From Candidatus Bathyarchaeota archaeon (GTDB taxonomy: Archaea > Thermoproteota > Bathyarchaeia > Bathyarchaeales > Bathycorpusculaceae): a stretch of 64,000 bases of DNA. Position 1 is the first letter of the stretch, and each line of letters begins with the position of its first letter. Positions 20,660-30,700 of this stretch are shown here, one piece after another. The DNA is taken from contig CAWHXY010000008.1 in the NCBI GenBank assembly GCA_963833575.1, forward strand, positions 64,001 through 128,000, given 5' to 3'. The notes beneath the pieces are model-generated. The model ran no database searches and was not told the DNA's origin. It saw nothing but the letters and a program-made list of their open reading frames with translations. The position numbers and the translations under genes were made by a program.

Positions 20660-21664
20660 ATGGGAAAAATTCGGGTATTCATTAGTTCTTCTTTAACTGA
20701 ACTTGAAAGCGAAAGGGAAATCGCTCAAGAGACTATTGCTCAACTAAACTTAGAGCCTGTAATGTTTGAAAGTCTTCCTGCAATGGACAAAACATTGGAA
20801 AACGCATATGTAGATGCAATAAAGGAAGCTCATATCTTTGTTTTAATTCTTTGGAAGGACCTGACAGAAGCGGTTGAAAGAGAATATAATGTAGCTAATG
20901 AATATGGGATCCCAATTCTAATGATAGTTAAAATTCCAACTTTCAGGGAAGCAAGAACTCAACGACTTGAAAATCTAATAAATATCGCGGCAAACCAGAA
21001 TCTACAGAGTAATAATCACATTGTTCCATTTCGCAAGAACTTTCGAACGCTTAGTCAACTTGAGAACGTGTTAAAAGAAGGAGTAATGAAACTTGTTTCT
21101 GACAGATTCACAGAACCAGTTTTAACAACAACTAACGTCGATCTAATCTTGGAGACTAATCTAAATATGGTCCAAAACGCTAGAAGAAGACTTCTTGTAG
21201 TTGCTAAAACACCAATACTTCTTTTTGGGCCGCGACCGTATAATTCACCGCACAAAAACTTTGCGAAAAACAAGTTCTATGACGCCTTAATTGCTTGGAT
21301 AGAGAATATGAAAAAAGATGAAAACAAAAAAATGCTCTATCTATATTCTGTTGAAGATACCTATAATGAAATGAAAGAAAACCAGCTTGAACAGTTTGTA
21401 AAAGTTAACGTAGAAAAATACAAGAAAATTGAAGAAGAAACAAACGGACGATTTGAACTCGGATCAATCCAAGAATTTCCAGGTCGCATATGTATTAGTG
21501 ACAATAATTTTGGAATATCATTTAGAGCGCCAAAAGGAAAAGTTGTTTATGTTAATCGTCAAGATGCAAGTTTTTCCTCAAATCTCTTTCAAGCTCTCCG
21601 TGATTGCCGAGGCTCTTCTGAAGCAACCTTGACTAATTTATTAAAGGAACTAAAACTGCAATAG
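20660..21664 (+). CDS. DUF4062 (TIR/NDT-like) domain protein with uncharacterised C-terminal alpha/beta domain
   Basis: RVFISSSLTELESERE...LEPVMFE...AVEREYNVA..GIPIL. Confidence 0.82.
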   Translation: MGKIRVFISSSLTELESEREIAQETIAQLNLEPVMFESLPAMDKTLENAYVDAIKEAHIFVLILWKDLTEAVEREYNVANEYGIPILMIVKIPTFREARTQRLENLINIAANQNLQSNNHIVPFRKNFRTLSQLENVLKEGVMKLVSDRFTEPVLTTTNVDLILETNLNMVQNARRRLLVVAKTPILLFGPRPYNSPHKNFAKNKFYDALIAWIENMKKDENKKMLYLYSVEDTYNEMKENQLEQFVKVNVEKYKKIEEETNGRFELGSIQEFPGRICISDNNFGISFRAPKGKVVYVNRQDASFSSNLFQALRDCRGSSEATLTNLLKELKLQ

Positions 21665-21901
21665 CGCACGCTATGTCTAGATGAGACAAACGATGGTTGA
21701 AAGAGTAGTTGCTTCTTTCTAAATTCAAAAGAACCTGCTGGTCGAATCCTTAATCAAGAAAGATTTAGATCGTAAAATTACATATAACTAAGCAATCGGT
21801 TGCATTGGCTTTCACTATTATAAAGTTTGTTGCAGAAAAATTAATGAAGATATTTATTGCAGCGTCGCGAGCTACTGGTAGATGAGGAGAGGGAGTGCTG
21901 G

Positions 21902-24900
21902 ATGAGTAAAATTAGGAGATTAATAGCTAAAGCTATGGTATTACTTTTTATTGCGTTGTTTATTTTTCCAATGCTAAATTCTTCCGTAACTGTACATGCA
22001 GCAGAGAATTACCAATACGTAACACAATGGGGCAGTTATGGGTCTGGACCCGGCCAATTCAATGAACCTCTTGGTGTTGCTGTAGACAGTTCAGGAAACG
22101 TCTACGTGGCAGATTGGGGATCTAATAATCGTGTTCAGAAGTTTACTAGTAACGGGGGGTTCATTCTATCGTGGGGAGGCACTGGGTCAGGTAATGGCCA
22201 ATTCAACAATCCTGGTCAGATTGCTGTTGACAGTTCAGGAAACGTCTACGTAGCTGATGCTGCTAATAATCGTGTTCAGAAATTCACTAGCAATGGCGCA
22301 TTCGTTTCATCGTTGGGAGGTTTCTTTAATCCTATCGGAATCGCTGTTGACAGTTCAGGAAACGTCTATGTTCTTGACTCATATAATGATCGGGTGGTAA
22401 AGTTTACTGGCAACGGTGTGTTAATTACATCATGGGGGACCTCTAGTGCAGGTTGGTGCGATGCTGTTGACAGTTCAGGAAACGTCTACGTAGTTGAGCC
22501 TTACATTAATCTTGTTGAAAAGTTCACTAGCACGGGTGTGTTCATTACATCATGGGGAGGCGGTGGTTCAGGTAATGGTCAATTCAGCAATCCGACTGGA
22601 ATTGCTACGGATAGTCAAGATAACGTCTACGTAACTGATACCTACAACCATCGAGTACAAAAGTTTACTAGTAGTGGCGTTTTCATTACTCAATGGAGCA
22701 TTGCAGGCTCTGGTTGGGGTGTTGCTGTTGACAGTTCAGGAAACGTCTACGTAACAGACTATAGCAATATTTGTGTACAAAAGTTCTCTATGCAAGGTAA
22801 CCCGAATCCTGCTCCGGCTGTAGCTTGGAGCCAAACTTACAACGGAATCAGTCTAAATGGTGCAAATTCGGTGGTTCAAACTAATGATGGTGGTTATGCT
22901 TTAACCGGCTCAGCAGACGTTGCAAACAATATTAGTACTACAATCTGGAAACCGTGGCTTATTAAGACGGACTCTAACGGCATGATGCTTTGGAACCAAA
23001 CCTACACCGAAGGGCTTGATTACATTGAACCATATTCACTAGCTAAAACTTCAGATGGCGGATATATGATACTTTGTGGTACAAATACTAATGTTGGCAA
23101 CCCTTGTTACAGGTTGATTAAAACTGATTCAAATGGCAATATGCTTTGGAATAAAACCTATGCAGTAAATCAGTTCGATGCGTTGGGTTCTGTCATCCAG
23201 ACGACTGACGGAGGATATGCCTTTATAGGAACAATGAGTCAACTTGGAAATTCAAATTCATACGCTATGCTTATCAAAACCGATTCCCAGGGCAACATGC
23301 TTTGGAATAAAACATACGGAGGTTTGTATTCCAATGAAGCAGATTCTTTTGTGCAAAACATTGATGGCGGTTACACGATAACAGGGGCTTCAAGTCCATC
23401 TGGAAATAATGAAGCTTGGCTTTTCAGAACTGATTTGAACGGAAATATTTTATGGAGCAAAACGTACGGAATGGGTTTGGATGCATCTTCAAACAGGCTC
23501 ATCTTGACAAGTGATGGTGGTTATGCTTTTGGGGGAACCACAGGCCCTAACTACTTTGGTACTCTTTGGAAGACAGATGCGAATGGAAATCAACAATGGA
23601 ACCAAACATATGTTGGAGCAAACTACTATGGAGTATTTTCTCTTTGTCAAACCAAAGATGGAGGATTTGCACTTATGGGTAGTCCAGGAAACGGTACAGC
23701 CCTTAATCTTCTTGTCAGAACAGACTCTTCTGGCAAAATGTTATGGGATCAATCATATTCTCAATACCTCTCAAACGCCCAGATTAACGCAATGATACTG
23801 ACAAATGATGGATGTTATGCTTTTGCAGGTTCAGTTGTGGATAATTCTGGCAACTCTAGTCCTTTCTTAATGAAGACAGATCCAGAACAAAACACTTCTA
23901 CTACACAAGTTTTACAAATAGGGAATCTGGTTGTAGGAAATCCTGCAAATTCGACTTGGAACTGCAAAGTAACTGACAACGCTACAGGAAATGTAATAAG
24001 CGAATTCACTCTTCCAGCTGCAGGAACAAGCGGTAGCTACACAAACACTGTCCAGTTAAGCAATGGCGGAAGTTACATCGTTTTTGAAGAACCACAACTC
24101 GGTTACCATACAAGTATGCAAATTAATGCCTCACAGGTTGATAGTTTTCAATTCACCGTCAATGTAAACGCAGGTGACAGTCTACAAGTCCTCTTTAATA
24201 ATACTGCCTTGGCTCCTGGATCGTTAGAATTGCCTCCGCCAAGTAGTATGAACTTTTCTATACCTCCTTTAACTCTAATTCCGATCCAAGCCGCATGGAA
24301 CCCAGACGCAAACAACGACGGTACGCTCGATCTCGTAGTCAACAAAACAATGGCGATAATCATCAACTTCACGGTACCAGTTAACCCAACTGATATAGTC
24401 AATCTCTCCGTTAAGTTTGATCAACAAGTATTCACAAAAACAGTTTACGGAGCAATTTTACAGGCAGATTCAATTATTCCTTTTTGCCCAATAACGCCAA
24501 AAAATCTTGGGAACAAAGCCCTCAACGGCACATATCAAATCAACAGTGCTTCTCCAATTAATTTTCCATCCTTGACCGTTAAGGTAAGACAAACTACCGA
24601 TTTACCTTTGGTCTATGGCTACTTTACAAGAAGCAACTACGGAACAGTATCGCAAACAGAATATTCACAAATGGCAAACACTTCAACTGTTTTCATAAAA
24701 GCAACATACCCGGTTACGAACGTTCCCGTCAATGAGAGTTATATCGGTTTAGCAGGCAACTCAAACAGTGGCGGTGGTTATTCTGGTGCAACAAAGGATC
24801 TATCGCTAGTCTTGGGTCCATACGCCAAATCCCATATGGGCCAATACACTAACGCCATTGGCATCGCAATTGAACCTGCTAGCTACTTCACCTACAATGG

Positions 24901-27160
24901 ATTAACGGGCGGTGCTGGATGGACTCCTAATCAAAATACCAAGGCTAGTTTGGTACTGGATGGCGGCTATACTGAAGCAGCTCATGAAGTAGGGCACTCG
25001 TTCGGATTATACATCGGAGCTGTTCCAGAGTACTACCTAATACCAGGTCTTGCTGGAACAAATGTCAGCGGGGTTTACCCTGACATTGATCAGTGGAGAA
25101 CAGGTCTGGACATCATGGATAGATCTAGTCAATCTGGAAACAATTGGGCAAGCACTGGCACATACAATCAATTGTTTAATTGGACCCGAGGAAACTTCAC
25201 TGACCCAGACATTCTCATAGCTAGCGGCATAATTTACAAGAACGGTACCGTTGACCTTTCCACTAGTTGGCTCGAAGTATCCCAAGGCATCCCAGACATT
25301 ATAGCACCTGGCAACTATTCACTTCAATTTTTAGCTGCCAATGGGACAGTTCTGGGTTCAATCACCTTTGACGCTCAAAGTCCTTTGAATTATGACGGTG
25401 CACCTTTCTGTTTTGCAACTGTTTATCCAAAAGGCACAAGCTACGTTAATGTTCTAAATACGGCTAATCAGGCCGCTCCACCAAAAACTCTTGCAACGGT
25501 TCAAGCAGAAGATATCGTAAAGCTAAACAACAGCGTCACGTTCGCTGAAACCGGATTACCCTTGGGCACCTCTTGGAGCGTGACTCTTGGTAGTAAAACT
25601 CTTTCCTCAACGAATTCTACTATCGCATTCACAGGTCTTGCTTATGGTAATTATGATTGGAATTCATCGACTGAAATTTCTGGTGGCGCTGGAATTAGAT
25701 ATGACGCTTCAGTTGCGTCGGGAACAATTGACGTGGAAGGCAATGTTTCCTCGACCATTGCTTACATTACCCAATATCAAGTATCCTTAGCAGTTGACCC
25801 TTCAGGTGCAGGAAGTGCTAATCCAGCCAGCGCCAACTACTATAATGTAGGTACTCAGATTCCAATTTCAGCAGCAGCCAATGATCAATATCAGTTTTTA
25901 GATTGGAGCTCAAATAGCCCATCCATAGTTTTAGCGAATGTCGCTTCGCCATCAACTTCAGCAACTATCAACGGCCCTGGCACAGTTACCTGCGCATTTG
26001 CTTCCACCATCGGCAACAGCGTGGCTTTTGCCGAAACAGGGTTGCCCTCTGGAAAACCTTGGAATGTTACTTTAGGAGGTCAGACGTTGTCTTCCACAAC
26101 TGGCGCGATCGTGTTCACTAATCTGGCTTCGGGAAGCTACAGTTGGAGCACGCCATCTATAATTTCTGGAAGTACAGGAACAAGATATGCAGCTTCAATC
26201 ACGTCAGGAACGTTAAACGTGGCGGGACAAACATCAACTAGCATTACATACACTACTCAATACCAAGTATCTTTCACAATGAACACAGTGGGGTCAGGCG
26301 TAATCAACCCAGCAACAGTCACCTTCTTTGATTCTGGTTCCAAAATCTCAATTTCCGCAACCCCAAAACCAGGCTTCACACTCTACATATGGTCTTCAAA
26401 CACACCTTCAATAACATTCACCAACAGCTCAGCAGCAACCACAACCGCAACCATAACCGGACCCGGCACTGTCACCGCCAACTTTGCCCTACTCGTCGGA
26501 GGTAACAAGCAGATCACCCTTACCGGAAGCAATAATGCGGTAATTATAACCGGCGGAAGTAACCAGATTAACGCGGTACAAGCCTCAGCTACAACTATTG
26601 TCAAAACCGGAGCAGGAAACAACATCATCAACTTAGGCAACGGCAATAATAAGGTGATAGAAACTGCAGATGGCAATGACATAATTTCAACGGGCAACGG
26701 CGACAATGTCCTATCTATTCTGGGAAACGGCAACAACCAAATCACAACAGGTAGCGGAAACGACGTCATCCAAATAACCGGAAACGGAAACAACATCATT
26801 AAAGCAGGTGACGGCGACAATCAAGTCACGGTTAAAGGCTATGGCAACAACCAAATTACAGCTGGGTCTGGAAGTGATGTCATTGTTGCAGGTGATGGAA
26901 ACAACATTATCAAAGCTGGTGATGGCAACAACAAAGTGACACTAGGAAAAGGCAATAACCTGGTCACAACTGGAACAGGTGGCGACGAAGTGACAGTTGG
27001 AAACGGAAACAACAACATTCAAACTGGAGCCGGAGATGATACCATCACCGTTGGCAAAGGCAACAACTACGTCGATGGAGGCGCTGATTACGACATCTGT
27101 TTGCACGGTACAGGGAATAACACGATACTGAACTGCGAAAAAGGAGTAATAGCAAAGTAA
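21902..27160 (+). CDS. Giant secreted protein: NHL propeller + second propeller + HExxH metallopeptidase-like domain + thermopsin-C/InlB-B-like repeats + RTX-like Gly/Asn repeats
   Basis: Signal peptide after MSKIRR; AVDSSGNVYVAD..NNRVQKF; QTxDGGY repeats; AAHEVGHSFGL; FAETGLPxGxxWxVTL; GxGNNxIxx nonapeptides. Confidence 0.85.
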   Translation: MSKIRRLIAKAMVLLFIALFIFPMLNSSVTVHAAENYQYVTQWGSYGSGPGQFNEPLGVAVDSSGNVYVADWGSNNRVQKFTSNGGFILSWGGTGSGNGQFNNPGQIAVDSSGNVYVADAANNRVQKFTSNGAFVSSLGGFFNPIGIAVDSSGNVYVLDSYNDRVVKFTGNGVLITSWGTSSAGWCDAVDSSGNVYVVEPYINLVEKFTSTGVFITSWGGGGSGNGQFSNPTGIATDSQDNVYVTDTYNHRVQKFTSSGVFITQWSIAGSGWGVAVDSSGNVYVTDYSNICVQKFSMQGNPNPAPAVAWSQTYNGISLNGANSVVQTNDGGYALTGSADVANNISTTIWKPWLIKTDSNGMMLWNQTYTEGLDYIEPYSLAKTSDGGYMILCGTNTNVGNPCYRLIKTDSNGNMLWNKTYAVNQFDALGSVIQTTDGGYAFIGTMSQLGNSNSYAMLIKTDSQGNMLWNKTYGGLYSNEADSFVQNIDGGYTITGASSPSGNNEAWLFRTDLNGNILWSKTYGMGLDASSNRLILTSDGGYAFGGTTGPNYFGTLWKTDANGNQQWNQTYVGANYYGVFSLCQTKDGGFALMGSPGNGTALNLLVRTDSSGKMLWDQSYSQYLSNAQINAMILTNDGCYAFAGSVVDNSGNSSPFLMKTDPEQNTSTTQVLQIGNLVVGNPANSTWNCKVTDNATGNVISEFTLPAAGTSGSYTNTVQLSNGGSYIVFEEPQLGYHTSMQINASQVDSFQFTVNVNAGDSLQVLFNNTALAPGSLELPPPSSMNFSIPPLTLIPIQAAWNPDANNDGTLDLVVNKTMAIIINFTVPVNPTDIVNLSVKFDQQVFTKTVYGAILQADSIIPFCPITPKNLGNKALNGTYQINSASPINFPSLTVKVRQTTDLPLVYGYFTRSNYGTVSQTEYSQMANTSTVFIKATYPVTNVPVNESYIGLAGNSNSGGGYSGATKDLSLVLGPYAKSHMGQYTNAIGIAIEPASYFTYNGLTGGAGWTPNQNTKASLVLDGGYTEAAHEVGHSFGLYIGAVPEYYLIPGLAGTNVSGVYPDIDQWRTGLDIMDRSSQSGNNWASTGTYNQLFNWTRGNFTDPDILIASGIIYKNGTVDLSTSWLEVSQGIPDIIAPGNYSLQFLAANGTVLGSITFDAQSPLNYDGAPFCFATVYPKGTSYVNVLNTANQAAPPKTLATVQAEDIVKLNNSVTFAETGLPLGTSWSVTLGSKTLSSTNSTIAFTGLAYGNYDWNSSTEISGGAGIRYDASVASGTIDVEGNVSSTIAYITQYQVSLAVDPSGAGSANPASANYYNVGTQIPISAAANDQYQFLDWSSNSPSIVLANVASPSTSATINGPGTVTCAFASTIGNSVAFAETGLPSGKPWNVTLGGQTLSSTTGAIVFTNLASGSYSWSTPSIISGSTGTRYAASITSGTLNVAGQTSTSITYTTQYQVSFTMNTVGSGVINPATVTFFDSGSKISISATPKPGFTLYIWSSNTPSITFTNSSAATTTATITGPGTVTANFALLVGGNKQITLTGSNNAVIITGGSNQINAVQASATTIVKTGAGNNIINLGNGNNKVIETADGNDIISTGNGDNVLSILGNGNNQITTGSGNDVIQITGNGNNIIKAGDGDNQVTVKGYGNNQITAGSGSDVIVAGDGNNIIKAGDGNNKVTLGKGNNLVTTGTGGDEVTVGNGNNNIQTGAGDDTITVGKGNNYVDGGADYDICLHGTGNNTILNCEKGVIAK
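22085..22749 (+). repeat. Five identical 20-mers (GACAGTTCAGGAAACGTCTA) in the NHL blades
   Basis: Copies start at 22085, 22229, 22349, 22469, 22730. Confidence 0.85.
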
Positions 27161-27181
27161 CAGGCGTTCAATTTTTCAAAC

Positions 27182-27628
27182 ATGAATTTGGAGGTGAAAA
27201 TAGAAATGAAAAGAAATATGATCATAATTGGAACAACCCTCATATTGATATCAATGCTGGCTTCCATAGCCCTGGCAGCGGCGTCAAACGTCTACTACCC
27301 CGACTTGCAGATTCAACTAAAAGGAGTAATCTGGACCATACCTACTGATATTAACCTAGATGGCAAGCCCGATTTTAACAGTTACCTATTGATAAGAAGC
27401 TCCGTTGTGGCTACTGTTTTCGTCGACACAAACAATGACGGACTGATTGACACTACCGTTGTTGTCCATCCGCTTGTAATCCTAATAGATAAGAATGACA
27501 TCTACCTCGTTTTCTGCCCAAGCAGTCTTCCAACAGGCGTGGCGCTCAAGACTTTGGTGACAGCAAACCTCCAAGGTGGAGACTCAATCGTCGCAACAGG
27601 TCCAGGATTCACATATCGAATCAAATAG
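27182..27628 (+). CDS. Small secreted protein with two DxNxDG Ca-binding-like loops
   Basis: Signal peptide (start probably MKRNM, after GGAGGTG); DINLDGKPD and DTNNDGLID. Confidence 0.75.
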   Translation: MNLEVKIEMKRNMIIIGTTLILISMLASIALAAASNVYYPDLQIQLKGVIWTIPTDINLDGKPDFNSYLLIRSSVVATVFVDTNNDGLIDTTVVVHPLVILIDKNDIYLVFCPSSLPTGVALKTLVTANLQGGDSIVATGPGFTYRIK

Positions 27629-27633
27629 CATAT

Positions 27634-27675
27634 TGGAGCTATCTTTGCTCCCCATTCCTGTTTTTTGGAGCAACT
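27634..27675 (+). terminator. Possible hairpin/T-tract terminator
   Basis: GGAGC...GCTCC and alternative TTGCTCC...GGAGCAA stems around a T run. Confidence 0.35.
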
Positions 27676-27706
27676 TCTGAAACATTTTATTAACAGTCTC
27701 ATATAA

Positions 27707-30700
27707 TTGGATTCGTTAAGTCACACTGTATCAGGAAAAGGATTGTTTATGGGCACTATTCGCGCAGAAAAGGAATACAAGTGGCTGGAAGCAGCGAAAG
27801 CTCATGAACAAAAGGCAAAAACAGAAACAAACAAAAATGTCGCCGCAGAATCTTTTAAAAAAATAGGATTCTGGTACAGTTTAGCCTCAAGGCAAGCTCA
27901 CAGCCCAGAGGAATTCAAGAAACTTAGGAAACTATCAATCGAAGCTTACGAAACGGCCGCCAAACTTTTTCGTGAGAGTACAGCTACAGAAAAAGAAGGA
28001 AGAAGCGCAGATTGTCTAGTAATGGCCGACTACACGAGATCGTGGCTCGCTCCTAACTCTGTTCAGAAATGCGAAATAATTCACAAATGTATCTCCAATG
28101 GGCAAAATGCTTTAGAAGCGTTCAAAAAGATAACCGAGAATTTGAACTACGCCAGAACATGCAACCTTCTAGCCCAGTGCATGTTTGACTTAGTTTCTAT
28201 TACTTCTCAAACAGAAGAAAAACTCGAAGTTGCCAAAAAAGGATTACTTTACGTAATGGATGCAGTCTCAGTTTTGTCTAATTTTGACGAAAAAGGTGAG
28301 TTGATCACTTCCTTCTCCTTGGCTAGTCTTCTCAGTTGGCACATTGCAAACCTTAGCGATCAGGAAGAGGAGAGAAAAGATTTAACGAAGAAATGTTTGA
28401 GTTATGCAACTGATGCTGCAACTCTTGCGAACCAGACAGTTAACCCTTATTCTTGCATCATGTCTTTATGGGCAAAAGCGTTGTCTTCTTTCTATTTCGG
28501 AGAAAAAACCCAGGATTCCTCAAAATATACGCAAAAAATGTTCAAGCTAAGCTCAATCATTGAAGACAATTACTTCAAGGGTGTCGCGTGCTATCTGGAG
28601 GCTTACATTAAAAATTGGAGCGTCGAGGAAGAAGAAGACATTGATAAGAAAAAGAAAGCTTACAACGAAATTATTACCTCTTCAGAAGCAGCAATACAAT
28701 ACTACCAATTGGTCTGTCAGGATTCGGATATCGCAGAAGCCTATTTGTTTTATGCAGAAAGCTACTTATCGTTGGCAAACGAAATCGCCATCTCCATAAA
28801 AGATAAAAAAGATTTTTCCGAAAAATCTGTTAGGATTGGAGAGGAAGGGTTGAAGTTTGCCGTTAGTTCCGGGTCAGTTGATGCAATGCTTTCTACCGTT
28901 CACGCCCTTAGCAAAGCTTATCATTATCGTTCTAAACTCGAACCCGGAATCGATAAGAAACTTGAACTGTTGAAAAACGCTTTAGGCTACAGAGAAGAAA
29001 GCCTAAGGATTGGAGAACAAGCTTTTTCGTCCAACTTCTGGATTTTAGGCGTTGCCATGATCTATGAAGCATTAATAAAAGTGGACTTGGCCAAACTTGA
29101 AGAAAATCAAATCACCAAAGCCACCTACTTAAAAGAAGCAGTTAGAGATATGGAAAGCGGCGTATCTTACAGTAACAAATGGCTCAAAACCTGCTCCGTA
29201 CCCTCACTTGTAACAGTCGCAGCAAACTATGAAGATAGGTTCGGGGGAATGCTTGCTGAACAATACCAACAAACTTGCCAAAAAGAGGATCTGGTCAACG
29301 CAAACAAAACCTACAGCGAAGCCGCAACAAAGTTCAAAGAAGTTGATTTACCCAGTCGAGTAGCAGAATCCTATTGGAAAATTGCTATAAACCTCGATCT
29401 ATTAAGCGAGAACGCTCAAGCTGCGGAGAACTTTGAGAAAGCCTTTTCCTGGTACAAAACAGCGGCTCGAAAAATCGACCAGTTCAACGACTTCTATATC
29501 GATTATGCGTCCTATATGAAAGCATGGAGCGAAATCGAAAATGCCAAATATGCACATAACAATGATAAATACTCAATCGCTGCGAGCCATTATCAAGAAA
29601 CTTCCAATCTTCTCAAACAATCGAAATCCTGGAACTACTTGTCTTCAAACTTTCTTGCTTGGTCACTTCTGGAGCAAGCGGAAGACCTAAGCAGAAAAGA
29701 CAATTGCCGAGAATCTATAATAGCATTCAAGAAATCTGTAGAAACCTTTCGAGAATCCGCGCGAATCTTGCATAATGAATTGGGCAGAATCAACAAGGTT
29801 GATGAACAAAATCTAGTCAAGAGACTAATACACGCATCAAACAATAGGGTCGAATATAGTAATGGAAGAATCGCAATTGAAGAAGCGATAATTTCTGACA
29901 AGCAAGGCGACCACGACAATAGCTCCCGAAAATATGAATCTGCAGCAGAAATCTTTAGAAAAATTGTCCAGATCGATCCGCAGCAAACGGGAAAAGAAGC
30001 TGAACCACTCTTCTATCTCTGCCAAGCATGGCAAAAAATGACTTTGGCGGAGGCCAGGAGCTCTCCCATATTGTACGAGGAAGCAGCAGACCTATTCAAG
30101 CTTGCAAACAAATTCTCGACCAAAGAATCAACTAGCCTATTAGCGTTGGGACACAGCAACTTTTGCAAAGCAATGGAAGCCGGAGCAGAATTTGAAATGA
30201 CAAGAAGCACAACCATGTACGAACAAACAACTAAACATATGAGTTCAGCAGCTAACTATTATCTACGCGCTGGTTTTGAATCGGCCTCGGATTTCACAAA
30301 AGCCACTCAACGCTTATTCGACGCATACGTATTCATGGACACGGCTAAACGTGAAAAAGACCCGCAGAGAGAAGCAAAGTACTATTTGATGGCGGAAAAA
30401 GTGTTGCAAATATCTGCTGAATGTTTTACTAAAGCAGGGCACATTGAAAAAAATGATCAAGTCCAACGTCTACTTAGGAAAGTCAGAGATGAGAAGGAAA
30501 TAGTACTTTCCTTGAATGAAATCTTTAATGCTTCAAGTATTGCGTCGTCAACAGCGAGTTTCGCGACTATAGGACCAAACGAGGAAGAGGCGGTTGGTTT
30601 AGAAAGGTTCGAGCATGGAGACATACAAGCAAAGTTAGATCAAAAAGAAATTGAAACTAACTTGGAAAGTGCCATAAGTCTTGAATTAAAGATTGTAAAC

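Noticed and set aside
22085-22749. Regularly spaced identical 20-mers as a possible CRISPR array
   Set aside because: Spacing is 120-261 bp, always in frame, encoding NHL blades; no cas genes
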